Positions 10,801 to 21,116 of a stretch of 64,000 nt of DNA are shown here, one piece after another (position 1 is the first letter of the stretch; every line of letters begins with the position of its first letter). The position numbers and the translations under genes are program-made. This stretch comes from a plasmid. The notes under the pieces are model-generated. The model ran no database searches, was not told the DNA's origin, and was given only the letters and a program-made list of their open reading frames with translations. The stretch is taken from the sequence record NZ_CP128206.1; one strand, 5' to 3'.

Positions 10801-11050
10801 CATCGTTTAGCGAAAAATACAAACGTTGTTCCTCAATAGAAAACTGAGGTGCTGAATACAAGTCTCGTTGTTCTGCCTGAGTCAGAATCGAGAGTTCATT
10901 ACTAATTGCCATGATGAATAAACGCCAATATGATTGATGGTGTTTATATAAGATGGCAGAATATTGGAAGGTAACCCACCGCCACAGACCATATAATATA
11001 ATACCTGTAGCGTTCTATGTTACTTTAGAGGGGAAAATCCCTAGAACCCC
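7838..11050 (-). mobile_element. Tn3-family IS-like element (transposase only, ~3.2 kb) with 27-bp perfect terminal inverted repeats GGGGTTCTAGGGATTTTCCCCTCTAAA; no target-site duplication
   Basis: 7838..7864 is the exact reverse complement of 11024..11050. Flanking 5-mers differ (AAGGT vs TATTT). Confidence 0.8.
7932..10912 (-). pseudogene. tnpA: Tn3-family transposase split into two overlapping ORFs: 9377..10912 holds the N-terminal DUF4158-like part, 7932..9521 the C-terminal DDE part. Apparent frameshift near 9377-9521.
   Basis: A 511-aa ORF plus a 529-aa ORF overlapping by 145 nt; together about 990 aa, typical of Tn3 TnpA. Confidence 0.75.
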
Positions 11051-11510
11051 TATTTGGCTGTGATCATTGACCTTTACTCACGACAAGTAATAGGCTGGTC
11101 GATGGATACGAGGATGACGGCAACACTGGTCTGCGATGCATTATCAATGGCTCGTTCCGTCGAGGCTTCCCAGAGGAAGTTATTGTTCATAGTGATCGGG
11201 GTAGCCAGTATTGCTCAAAAGATTATCGAGACCTCATAACTGCTTATAATCTAAAACAAAGTATGAGTAGGAAAGGAAACTGCTGGGACAATGCTTGTGT
11301 TGAGAGCTTCTTTCATTCGATGAAAGTAGAAGCGATTCAATACGAACCGATAATGACGAGAGATGAGATGCGCCAAACGGTCTTCGAGTACATAGAGGTT
11401 GATTATAATCGGACGAGAAGGCACAGTGCTCTTGGATATCTAAGCCCAGTTAACTTTGAACAGCAAAATGTCGCTTAATGAAGTGTCCAGTCTGGCTGGA
11501 GCAGATCATC
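11051..11510 (+). mobile_element. IS3-family element, 3' end only (orfB C-terminal fragments 11054..11239 and 11263..11478, right inverted repeat 11482..11510); truncated by the Tn3-family IS
   Basis: Integrase-core motifs ([17 protein letters not shown]...[15 protein letters not shown]). The terminal sequence TGAAGTGTCCAGTCTGGCTGGAGCAGAT recurs inverted at 17915..17942. Confidence 0.8.
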
Positions 11511-12077
11511 ATTGGTGTTACCACTCAGTGCTTGCATGTAAACAGGAATACCTGCTTGGTTTTCACAGATGAGTTCAAGCACGACTTGGTTAAGCTCTGG
11601 CCTATGATCCCGACTATAACCTCTTACAAGCTTAATCACGTTGGTGTTTTCATCTTGTGCATACTCACCATCAACGTGGAAGCTAGTGATATCAAGATGA
11701 ACAGAATCGGTCGTCAAGCCCAGTTTATCAACAACACGCTCAGCAATAACCTGATAGAGCGCTGAGACATCGGCTTCGTATAGAGCATCTAATGTGCGGC
11801 CTAGTACATCATCAGTCAGGTGGTGTGCTTCAATGTCTTTGGCGAGTAGCTTAGATACAGGCTTGGTCTTAAAAAAGTCCGAGAACATGTGCAGTGTTCT
11901 GCTATGAAAGCCAAGTCCATTTAGGAGCATGGCCAATACCGCGTCACCATGAGAAACATTGTGGTCAGAATATTTTGGGATAACGGCATCTATCATCCGT
12001 GGCAGGCCAATTTCGTGACAAAAGGCGGCAATGAGACCAAGGTGATCTAAGCGTTTAATAACAGGATGGGTAGACAT
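11475..12077 (-). pseudogene. IS1634-family (DUF4277-type) transposase N-terminal fragment, ~195 codons, truncated by the IS3 end
   Basis: N-terminus MSTHPVIKRLDHLGLIAAFCHEIGLP... The last codons and the stop are supplied by the IS3 inverted repeat. Confidence 0.55.
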
Positions 12078-12615
12078 ATTTTGAGACCGTCAAATAGCAG
12101 TAATAGATCAAAACTGTCGATCGCGGTCAAGATGGTGTCGTAGTTTTTATGAAAAGCTGATCGCCAGATCACACTATTTAAATTCTGGAATTAGCTGCGG
12201 AATAACGGATAGAATGGTCCATCACTGGCATGGGCGGGCAAGATGAATAGCAAGAAAATAATGATTGGGATGGTCACCCATGGGATGAACCAAGGGAACA
12301 AGGGGGTTCTCATTGTCAGCTCCAGAAAATTTCATAGAGCTAACATGCTAATGATCCCGGTAAGAGCGATTGGCCAGATAGATGAATGAATCGTGTGTTT
12401 TTCTGACTAGCTGTTGTGACCAGTAACAACAGCTAATTTTAACGAGCCAAATTTATGATTGGACCGCTTTGAGCGAATTGCGGAAATTTCTCTTCGTATC
12501 ATAGTGCTCATTCAAAAGTATGCTTTGTTTGATATAGCGGGCATTACCTTTTCGGATTTTATTGCCCATAAACTACTAAATTAAAACCCGCTTAATGTAC
12601 CTTACTAATTATCTT

Positions 12616-15600
12616 TTAAAAATGCAGCTCTTCTATCCGACACGGTTTTCCGTATAAATAGCCTTGATAGGTGTGACACCCCATACTCTGCAATAACGCG
12701 CGCTGAGCTTCTGTTTCAACACCCTCAGCTATGACTTGCAGTTCAATTGAGTCGGCTAATGTTATAACTGCCTGAGCGATGGCCCTATCATTACTGCTAT
12801 TGATAATATCTCGAACAAACCCTTGGTCAATTTTCAACTGATTTATAGGCAATTGTTTTAAGTAGGATAAGGATGAATAGCCTGTACCAAAATCATCGAT
12901 TGAAAAAGTCACGCCGTGCTGCTGCAACTCTTTCATCTTAGCTTTAACATCAGGAATGTTATTTGCGAGCAACGTTTCCGTAATTTCCAGCTTTAGCAAC
13001 TGTGGATTTGCACCTGAGGTTTTCAATGCATTTAAAACAGTCTGAACAAAATTATCTTTGCTAAATTGAACTACGCTTATGTTAACCGCAATGCTTAGGT
13101 GTTGTTTTTCGGATTCTAAAGACCATTTTGCCAGAGTGGCGCAAGCTTCCTCTAGCACCCACTCGCCAATGGGCACAATAAGACCTGTTTCCTCCGCTAA
13201 TGGGATAAATTGCAGTGGCGACACCATGCCTTTTTCTGGGTGTATCCAGCGTAACAATACCTCAACACCAATACACTGCTTCAGGTGATTGACCTGTTTT
13301 TGATAGAAAAGTACAAATTGTTGGCTTTGTATTGCGGAGTATAAATCACTCACAATTGACGCTCTTGAGCTTACTGAGACTTGCATTTGCGGGTCAAAAA
13401 ACTGCACACCATTTCGGCCAGCATATTTAGCCTTGTACATAGCCATATCAGCTTGCTTTAACAAATCTTCTTTGGGTAGATTTTCACTGTTAAAAAGTGT
13501 TACACCAATGCTTGCCGAACTATTGTAAGTTAGACCGTCAAGATTATATTCCCTTGTTAAATTACTCACGATTTTTTGTGCAAGCCTCTCAGCCTGGTTC
13601 GCTGCTAATGTTGGTTCATGACTTAAATCTGATGCAATAATAACAAACTCATCGCCGCCTAAACGCGCTACGGTATCACCTTGTCTCACTGAGTTAACAA
13701 GACGCTCAGCGACCTGACCCAACAGCAAATCACCTTTATTATGACCAGCACTATCATTAAGGTTTTTAAAGTTATCTAAATCAAGAAAAAATAATGCTGA
13801 GAAGTTCCTTGTACGAACGCTATGATTTATAGCTTCCGTCAATCTGTCCAACAACAGACGTCGATTAGGTAGCAATGTTAATGGGTCATAAAATGCTAAC
13901 TGGTGAATTTCATTTTCACGTTGTTTACGCTCAGTGATATCCCTGACAACACCGATAAAGTTAACTTCACCAGCCATTTGAACTTCAACTATACTAAGCT
14001 CGATTGGAAACATAGAACCATCTTTGCGCAAGGCCTCAAGCTCACGAATACGCCCAGTAATCTCACTGACACCACGTTCTATATAATTTGATAAGTAGCT
14101 ATCGTGATGCTCTCGATGAGGTGACCCCATCAACATGCTAATATTTTTGCCAAGCGTTTCATCTTCCGTATAGCCGAAGATTTCCTGTGCGGCTTGGTTA
14201 AATGTCAGAATTTTACCACGACCATCAATAGTAATAATGCCATCAAGCAACCCTTCAACAACAGCTTCCATCTGCCTTGACTTATCACTAAGCGCTTTTT
14301 CTGCAATTATTTGGTCATTGATATCAAAGTGTGTACCCAATAACCATAGAGCTTTGCCATCATATATCCTTGAAGAAATACGCCCTCTGGTGTTTATCCA
14401 TATCCATTCACCATTTTTGTGTTTCATACGAAGATTGGCTTCATATATGGGTATTAGGCCTGACACGTGCTTTTCAAGAATAGTTGTACAATAAGCCAGG
14501 TCATCAGGATGCGTTAGCCTTTCCCACGTGTATCTGTTTGCAGGTAATAGCTCAGAAAGTGTGTAACCCAGTAATGCGGCCCATTTATCATTGATAATCA
14601 ACTCGCCTGTTTGAATATTAAAATGCCATGTGCCTATATTGTTAGCGTCTATTACGGCCTTAAGTAAATTCTGACTGTTCCTTATGAGCTCTTCATCCTG
14701 TTTCTCTTTTGTAATATCTGTTTCAATTGCAATATAGCCGCTCAAACTACCACTTTCACTAAACAGCGGGTTACAAGCTATTCTCACCCAGTAGGAATTT
14801 TGCGCTTTTGAATAATTTACAACATCAACATTAAAGCCGTTCTGTTGAGCAAGCGCATCTCTCATTATTGCAACAGTTGCCGGATCAGTGTCTTCCCCTT
14901 GTAATAACTCCCCAGGCTTTTTACCCTGCATTTCTTCAATGCTATATCCTGTAAGAAAGGAGAAGGCTTCATTAATCCATATAACTCGACCTTTGACATC
15001 AGTTATTACCACACCATTGGTTGTCTGCCTTGCAACTTCAGAAAGGCGTCTTATTTCTGACTGCGCTTCAACTTGTGCAGAGGTATTACGAATGACCACT
15101 AATACTTCATTATCATCAATCTTTTTGTATCGGGCTTCGAACGATTGATTTGACTTTTCAAACGTGTAGTTATGATGAATCACATCGTTGTTACAAAAGG
15201 CTTGCTTGAGGCACTCTACGAGTTGATGACCTAGCTCATTGGGTAGTATCTCATGAACGGTACGCCCCAAAATCGCTTGTTGAGGTTTAAGTAAGTCAGG
15301 ATGCTCTTTGCAAACCAAAAAACGAAAGTTTCGGTCAATAACAAATACCATATCAGGCAGTGTTGCCAGTATTGAGGTTGTTCTTGCCATGCCTTTTAAA
15401 AACTGCTCTTGAAGTCGAGCTTGATCTTCTTTGGCAATTTCATACTCAACCATGTCTGCAAATTCGCGCAGTTCTTGCTGCTCTTTTGCTGAAAAGTCTC
15501 TGGCCACGGAGTCAATTAGACATAGAGTGCCGATGGGTTGCCCACTTGTCTCTCGCAGCGGTGCACCCGCATAAAAACGAATATGCGGCGCGTGGGTTAC

Positions 15601-15909
15601 TAAAGGATTTGACGAAAAGCGCTCATCTTTTGTTGCATCTGAAACAATTAAAATATCCTCATGCAATATCGCATGGCCACAAAATGAGATATCACGGCCT
15701 GTTTCACAAGCGTCAAGACCCACTTTAGATTTAAACCATTGCCGGTCACTATCCACCAAAGAGATAAGGCATATTGGCACTTTAAATACAGACGCGGCTA
15801 ATCTTGTAATGCGGTCAAAGCGCTTCTCTGCTGGCGTATCCAGCAAATTACTTCGCTGTAATGCAAGTAAACGAGCAGCTTCATCAACAGGGAATTCAGG
15901 TGCGTTCAA
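12616..15909 (-). CDS. GAF-PAS/PAC(x3-4)-GGDEF-EAL c-di-GMP turnover protein (1097 aa)
   Basis: Intact GGDEF (RLGGDEFVII) with an RxxD I-site (RQGD) 5 residues upstream. EAL-domain motifs EVLLRW, AEETGLI, DDFGTGYSSLSYL and IAEGVETE are all present. Confidence 0.9.
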   Translation of the reverse strand: MNAPEFPVDEAARLLALQRSNLLDTPAEKRFDRITRLAASVFKVPICLISLVDSDRQWFKSKVGLDACETGRDISFCGHAILHEDILIVSDATKDERFSSNPLVTHAPHIRFYAGAPLRETSGQPIGTLCLIDSVARDFSAKEQQELREFADMVEYEIAKEDQARLQEQFLKGMARTTSILATLPDMVFVIDRNFRFLVCKEHPDLLKPQQAILGRTVHEILPNELGHQLVECLKQAFCNNDVIHHNYTFEKSNQSFEARYKKIDDNEVLVVIRNTSAQVEAQSEIRRLSEVARQTTNGVVITDVKGRVIWINEAFSFLTGYSIEEMQGKKPGELLQGEDTDPATVAIMRDALAQQNGFNVDVVNYSKAQNSYWVRIACNPLFSESGSLSGYIAIETDITKEKQDEELIRNSQNLLKAVIDANNIGTWHFNIQTGELIINDKWAALLGYTLSELLPANRYTWERLTHPDDLAYCTTILEKHVSGLIPIYEANLRMKHKNGEWIWINTRGRISSRIYDGKALWLLGTHFDINDQIIAEKALSDKSRQMEAVVEGLLDGIITIDGRGKILTFNQAAQEIFGYTEDETLGKNISMLMGSPHREHHDSYLSNYIERGVSEITGRIRELEALRKDGSMFPIELSIVEVQMAGEVNFIGVVRDITERKQRENEIHQLAFYDPLTLLPNRRLLLDRLTEAINHSVRTRNFSALFFLDLDNFKNLNDSAGHNKGDLLLGQVAERLVNSVRQGDTVARLGGDEFVIIASDLSHEPTLAANQAERLAQKIVSNLTREYNLDGLTYNSSASIGVTLFNSENLPKEDLLKQADMAMYKAKYAGRNGVQFFDPQMQVSVSSRASIVSDLYSAIQSQQFVLFYQKQVNHLKQCIGVEVLLRWIHPEKGMVSPLQFIPLAEETGLIVPIGEWVLEEACATLAKWSLESEKQHLSIAVNISVVQFSKDNFVQTVLNALKTSGANPQLLKLEITETLLANNIPDVKAKMKELQQHGVTFSIDDFGTGYSSLSYLKQLPINQLKIDQGFVRDIINSSNDRAIAQAVITLADSIELQVIAEGVETEAQRALLQSMGCHTYQGYLYGKPCRIEELHF

Positions 15910-16001
15910 AACGTTACTCCAATAATTTGCTGCTTAATCGATTATTATCAATTGTACTGCAAGAATACACTGTTAAATGTTTTAGGCTTTCACTTGAAAG
16001 A

Positions 16002-17555
16002 TTACCGCTTAAACCGTACTACCAGTTCATGAAGCTCATCAGCAATCTTGTTCAAATAAATAATCGTCTCTGAAAGCTGCATCGAGCTGTCATTACTTAA
16101 ATCGGCAAGCGTTGAAATATTTACTATTTGCCGGTTAATGTCTTCAGCAACATGGGCTTGCTCTTCCACTGCTGCAGCCATTTGGGTCGACATAGAAGCG
16201 ATTTGACCTATGGATTCTGAAATACCGCTTAACATTTTGCCGCTTTCAATAACATTAGAGAGTCCCTCTTCGGCATCAATAGCGCCTGCATCAGCGATTT
16301 TTACGGCATCACCTGCTCGATGAGTTAACTCGGTGACGATACCGTAAATCTCTTTTGTCGACTCCTGAGTACGCCTTGCGAGATTTCTAACCTCATCTGC
16401 AACTACCGCAAAACCTCGCCCCTGCTCACCAGCACGAGCAGCTTCAATAGCGGCATTAAGCGCAAGAAGATTGGTTTGGTCGGCAATCTGCTCAATCATT
16501 TGTGCCGCATTGGCAATACGAGCGGTTTGTTCTGATACACCGCGAACAGAGCTACCAATTTGCTCTACCGTGAGTTTTAACTTTTGAATAGAGCCCCTGG
16601 TTACATTAGCCACCTCATTACCCTTCGAGGCAAGATGATTAGCGGTGTCAGCCTGTATTGCAGTATCACTGACATGCTTAGATACTTCAGCAATAGTCGT
16701 CGACATTTCGTTCATCGCGGTGGCGACTTGCATCGTTTCAGACTGCTGACTCTCTATATCTTTTCGCGTTTTTGCTGTGAGCTCCGCGCCTTTTTCAGAC
16801 TCTTTGGCAACGACAAGCGCTGCACTTTCTATGCGGGTAATCACCGTGCCTAAATGCGCTAACTGACTCAGAATAGCCACTTTTAGCTTACCTAAATCAC
16901 CTGTTTCATCAGTGTAACTTTGTACTGCAAGTTCATCTGAAAATGCAAGATTGAGCATCTCGTTTAATGCATTCAGGGTTTTCTTTCTATTTAATGAGAC
17001 CCAAAAGGCAAAGATGATGACAGAGACAAGCAAAGCTAACTCAGAAAGCTCTTTGAAACCGAAGCCAAATAAACCAGCACAAATGGCGATAGATAAGATT
17101 AAAAAAGCATTTTCAAGTGATATGGGTAAAGCGGCGCGTTTCGTTTTGCCGGCATTGATATCACGATACAGCTTAGCTGCTCGTTCAACGTCTTGTCTTG
17201 ATGGACAAGAGCGCACAGACTCATAACCGATCACCTTACCGTTCTGTGTTACTGGCGTAACATAAGCGTTTACCCAGTAAAAATCGCCATTTTTACAACG
17301 ATTTTTCACCAAGCCCATCCAAGGTTTTCCAGCTTTGAGGTAATGCCACATTTTTTCATATGCCTCTGAAGGCATATCAGGGTGCCTCACCACATTGTGA
17401 GGCTGCCCTATTAGCTCATGTTTTTCAAAACCACTGACTTCAACAAAGGCATCATTGCACTCAAGAATAGTCCCTTGAGTATCCGTGACTGAAATTAACT
17501 TAGTATTGCTTCCGAACGTTTTTTCTCTATCAGTAACAGGAAGGTTTTTACGCAT
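16002..17555 (-). CDS. methyl-accepting chemotaxis protein with N-terminal Aer-like PAS domain (517 aa)
   Basis: N-terminal PAS with NVVRHPDMP and [12 protein letters not shown] (Aer signature), then TM segments, HAMP and the MCP signalling domain. Confidence 0.9.
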   Translation of the reverse strand: MRKNLPVTDREKTFGSNTKLISVTDTQGTILECNDAFVEVSGFEKHELIGQPHNVVRHPDMPSEAYEKMWHYLKAGKPWMGLVKNRCKNGDFYWVNAYVTPVTQNGKVIGYESVRSCPSRQDVERAAKLYRDINAGKTKRAALPISLENAFLILSIAICAGLFGFGFKELSELALLVSVIIFAFWVSLNRKKTLNALNEMLNLAFSDELAVQSYTDETGDLGKLKVAILSQLAHLGTVITRIESAALVVAKESEKGAELTAKTRKDIESQQSETMQVATAMNEMSTTIAEVSKHVSDTAIQADTANHLASKGNEVANVTRGSIQKLKLTVEQIGSSVRGVSEQTARIANAAQMIEQIADQTNLLALNAAIEAARAGEQGRGFAVVADEVRNLARRTQESTKEIYGIVTELTHRAGDAVKIADAGAIDAEEGLSNVIESGKMLSGISESIGQIASMSTQMAAAVEEQAHVAEDINRQIVNISTLADLSNDSSMQLSETIIYLNKIADELHELVVRFKR

Positions 17556-17914
17556 GAATGTTCCTTATCGCAAAGTATTGAAAAACTAACCTAAATTGTA
17601 ATATGGCGAGTTACTTAAAAATAGATAGTTAAAGCTCAAGATTCTCTGCAGACGCCAACGCACCTTGCCCATCAATCCCCAAATAGCGCACCGTACTCTC
17701 AATTTTATGAAATAAATTTTTATAGTGGCTTCCCGACATTTTGAGAAACCATGACGTCTGGCCACTTGGTATTGATACAAAGCTCTCTAAAATAAAGTTC
17801 AAAAAAATACACGAATTGAGGAAGGCTTAATCAGTGAATTCCGCTCTGCAACCGAAAGCTGACGTTCGTTGTGAAAGACTGAAATGTCAGCAACTGGCAC
17901 ATAAGTAATATTGA

Positions 17915-18143
17915 TCTGCTCCAGCCAGACTGGACACTTCATTAAGCGACATTTTGCTGTTCAAAGTTAACTGGGCTTAGATACCCAAGAGCACTGTGCC
18001 TTCTCGTCCGATTATAATCAACCTCTATGTACTCGAAGACCGTTTGGCGCATCTCATCTCTCGTCATTATCGGTTCGTATTGAATCGCTTCTACTTTCAT
18101 CGAATGAAAGAAGCTCTCAACACAAGCATTGTCCCAGCAGTTT
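17915..18143 (-). mobile_element. second IS3-family 3' end fragment (right inverted repeat 17915..17942 plus the last ~65 codons of orfB), inverted relative to 11051..11510
   Basis: ORF 17942..18214 ends ...[67 protein letters not shown], identical to 11263..11478. Sequence upstream of ~18143 is unrelated. Confidence 0.8.
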
Positions 18144-18286
18144 CCTTTTCCCCGCTCCGGCATAAGCGAATCCCTTAACATTATCACCCGCCTGAACCGC
18201 ATCAATGATGTCATTCATTTCCGGCGTAAGGTTGTGTTCTCCAATTGTTCGTTCTGAACTTTTTATTTCCATATATCACCTGCCTT

Positions 18287-18847
18287 TTAACTTAGTTTTT
18301 CTTTATAGCCTTTTATCGATGCGGTTATTGGTATTACCCTCTCTTTGATTGGAATCGATTTTAATGGCTCATGAGAATGTTTTGAAGCAGCAAGCAGATG
18401 AAAGTGTGATTTCATCAAATTCTTAACCACGCTTCGATGAGAATAAAGAACATCTTCCATCTCTTCTATCATCTCCAATTCCCATTCACGAGCATGTTTG
18501 AACTGTGCGCGTTTGTATTTACCCTCCCTCGGTGTTGCAATGGCTTTGACTACGCGAATTGTTTTACTCCCACGCTTAACAAATTGAACCCTAATCCATC
18601 GGCATGTGAATGCAATGCCAGTAAATTCCAAACGAAACTCGTAATTCGTTGATTCAGTCCGTCTGCTGGCATCACCTCGACGGCTAAGCTCTCGCTCCGC
18701 CACCTTGCGCATCCAGATTGAATGCACAATCTTAGCTCCCTCGTATTCTCTGTCTATCTGTGCGTATATTGCCGCTTGTATTGCTGCAAATGACATCTTT
18801 AAACGATCTCCATTATGCTTAAAGTTGTTTTCAACAAATTTTACCAT
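18287..18847 (-). CDS. hypothetical basic protein (186 aa; possibly starts at the internal Met giving ~170 aa)
   Basis: Long ORF. An imperfect palindrome TGTAGTAACAAAATGT/ACATTTTGTACTAACA lies immediately upstream at ~18851-18890. Confidence 0.45.
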   Translation of the reverse strand: MVKFVENNFKHNGDRLKMSFAAIQAAIYAQIDREYEGAKIVHSIWMRKVAERELSRRGDASRRTESTNYEFRLEFTGIAFTCRWIRVQFVKRGSKTIRVVKAIATPREGKYKRAQFKHAREWELEMIEEMEDVLYSHRSVVKNLMKSHFHLLAASKHSHEPLKSIPIKERVIPITASIKGYKEKLS

Positions 18848-19298
18848 AACAAATGTAGTAACAAAATGTAGTTACATTTTGTACTAACAAGTTAAGGACA
18901 AAATAGCATGATTTTTTGTACTATAAGTCATAGGCGACCTTCGACTCGCTTGGTCGGATCGCCAGATGGGATGAAATGATCGCCAAATCTGGCTTGGTGC
19001 TGGTAGTGATAGCTGTCCAAGATGAGGCGTTTTTCTGGTTGGCTACAGAGGTGATGTGTACTGGCAATTTAACATAATTACTTATATCTTTGCGATTTTG
19101 GAATTATTTTTGATGTGGTAGGATTAATTTAATTCTAATTTATTAATGGATGGATATGTTTATGGAAGGTATAGTTGTGTTGGTTATTATGTATTTTTGG
19201 ATGCGATTTGTTTTTAAACTTATCATTCCTCGCTGTAATTCTTTTAGGAAGTTTATTTGGTATTGTATGCTAGGGATTTTTTAAAATTGAGGTGGAAC

Positions 19299-19547
19299 AT
19301 GAGTAAAATAATTCATATTTTTATTTGTATTTTTGCAGTGGTTGTGAATTTTACAACGGCTTTTGCAAGCACAAATCTTTTGAGTGATGATGGTGATAAG
19401 TTGTTGGTCGAATCAATTGTGTCATCAACTTTTGGTAACTCGGATAACCTATCATCTATCAGTGACTACAATATTCATAACGCAAAAATAAAAGCGGCAG
19501 AATTTACAGGTGAAGTGAATATGTCGACTCCCGCACTAAGGTTGTGA
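19299..19547 (+). pseudogene. small secreted protein, likely frameshifted (the signal-peptide ORF continues in another frame to ~19707)
   Basis: MSKIIHIFICIFAVVVNFTTAFAS signal peptide. The ORF stops at 19547 but an open frame continues 19530..19707 without a start. Confidence 0.3.
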
Positions 19548-19870
19548 ACGGACGTATTTCTAAGCAACAGGTTAGAGTCATTTCTTCCAGTTATGTGCGA
19601 CTCGTCTCATTGGATGAACGCAAAGCGGTAGATGATTTGGGTAATTTTACTCTGACCTCAATTGCTACGTTTGAGTTAAGAAAATCTGATGTCATGAATC
19701 ATGATTAAAAGACTTAAAAATGAGGAAGATTTACTTGATAGAATTCAAAGTTTACAATCAAAAAATGATGAACTTATGTTGATTATTGAACGTCTATCGT
19801 CTGGTGTTAATTTTGCTTTTCTAGCACTACCGGTTCGTACACTGCTTCTTCTACCGCTTGGTTTTCTGTT

Positions 19871-20989
19871 TCACCAAGCTTGGTTTTCTGTTTCACCAAG
19901 ATCGAAGCTGAAATCGTCATCGCTGAACGCGAAGTCTGATTCTGGCTCTTCACTGGTTTCAATCGCCGTCTGTTCAGCCGAGAGAACCGCATCACTGGTC
20001 ACAGTGGTTTGGTCATCAATGGTTGAATCCCCAAGATCGAAGCTGAAATCATCATCGTTGAACGCGAAGTCTGATTCTGGCTCTTTCATTGGTTCCAACG
20101 GTCCCGCATTCTGAGGTTCGGATTGAACGCTCGCCATTGCAGGTTGATTGGTTGATGCTTCTTGCAGACTCTTCATGAGAGTGAGCAATTTTTCCTTATT
20201 TGCCATACGAAACAGTAATCCAGACAGGATGTTGGTTTCGTCAGTGGACAGCTTACCCGCAATCGGCATTTGCTCTTCGACCTTTTTGATTTCCTGAACA
20301 AGTCGAGAAAATCGGCCATTGAGAAACGCTAACCCTTCCACCTTTTCTCGCAATCCGACTAGGCCGTTTACGTTGGTGCGGTTGGGTGCAATCGCGTCTG
20401 TTAAGCTGGATAAAAGCTTATTCGCAGTTTTCAAAATGTCGTCATCAAGAGAATTGCTTAAACCATCGATCTCTTTGCCCATGCTGATGTCCACAGACTG
20501 AACCGCAGCTTGAGCCGATTGCACTTTGAACATTGAGTAGCTTGCTGAGATTTTGCTTTTGACTTCTTGTGCCGGTGTTAATGCGGCGCGAAGTTTTTGC
20601 TCATACTCAGGATACTTTTTAACCCATTCATCTTGGATTAAATCGTGTCGAGAACAATACGCGTCAGCTTCTTTTTCGTAGTCATGAACAATTTTGCTCA
20701 ATCCTAACGCCAAAGCATCGGCCTTGGAGGACGGTATCGCATAGCCACCCATAAATCGGATGCCTACACTCAGACACAAACGCTCCGCTTGACGTTTCAG
20801 GGTATTAAATACCTTGAGGTCTTTGGGGTCAGTTGTGTATTTCGAACCTAAAGAGATGATCTCTTTCGGCGGGGTTTCCCCACGAAGAGATAAGTCGCTT
20901 TCTGCCAACTTTTTCCGACCTGTCCAGGTTGAAAAACGTAAGTGAACGGCGACGACATCGTTTAGAACGTTGATGTTTGAATTGCTCAT
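19871..20989 (-). CDS. DUF3150-like conserved ICE/plasmid protein with an acidic repeat C-terminus; C-terminus truncated by a 22-bp tandem duplication
   Basis: N-terminus MSNSNINVLNDVVAVHLRFSTWTGRKKL... Two copies of EPESDFAF(N/S)DDDFSFDLG. The stop codon lies in the second copy of CTTGGTGAAACAGAAAACCAAG. Confidence 0.55.
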   Translation of the reverse strand: MSNSNINVLNDVVAVHLRFSTWTGRKKLAESDLSLRGETPPKEIISLGSKYTTDPKDLKVFNTLKRQAERLCLSVGIRFMGGYAIPSSKADALALGLSKIVHDYEKEADAYCSRHDLIQDEWVKKYPEYEQKLRAALTPAQEVKSKISASYSMFKVQSAQAAVQSVDISMGKEIDGLSNSLDDDILKTANKLLSSLTDAIAPNRTNVNGLVGLREKVEGLAFLNGRFSRLVQEIKKVEEQMPIAGKLSTDETNILSGLLFRMANKEKLLTLMKSLQEASTNQPAMASVQSEPQNAGPLEPMKEPESDFAFNDDDFSFDLGDSTIDDQTTVTSDAVLSAEQTAIETSEEPESDFAFSDDDFSFDLGETENQAW

Positions 20990-21010
20990 AATGGTATCTC
21001 CAATTTTTGA

Positions 21011-21058
21011 TATAAAAAAAAGGACATACCATTACCCGCTAGGGCAAATGATATGCCC
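21011..21058 (-). terminator. rho-independent terminator (hairpin GGACATACC...GCCCTAGCGGG...TATGCCC plus T-run) between the small membrane ORFs and the DUF3150-like gene
   Basis: GC stem-loop followed by a T8 run in the direction of transcription. Confidence 0.6.
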
Positions 21059-21116
21059 TATGGCGGTGTAGAAATGTAGATAAGTCGCGCTAAACGCTAG
21101 GACTTATCTTTCTTTT

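Noticed and set aside
12191-12313. 40-aa hydrophobic ORF (MRTPLFPWFIPWVTIPIIIFLLFILPAHASDGPFYPLFRS) downstream of the GGDEF-EAL gene
   Set aside because: No convincing RBS. It lies in what is probably the terminal region of the truncated IS1634-family element, so it is not listed as a gene.
19701-20114. 137-aa plus-strand ORF overlapping the DUF3150-like gene
   Set aside because: Antisense to a much longer, better-supported ORF. Its open frame is created by the internal DNA repeats.
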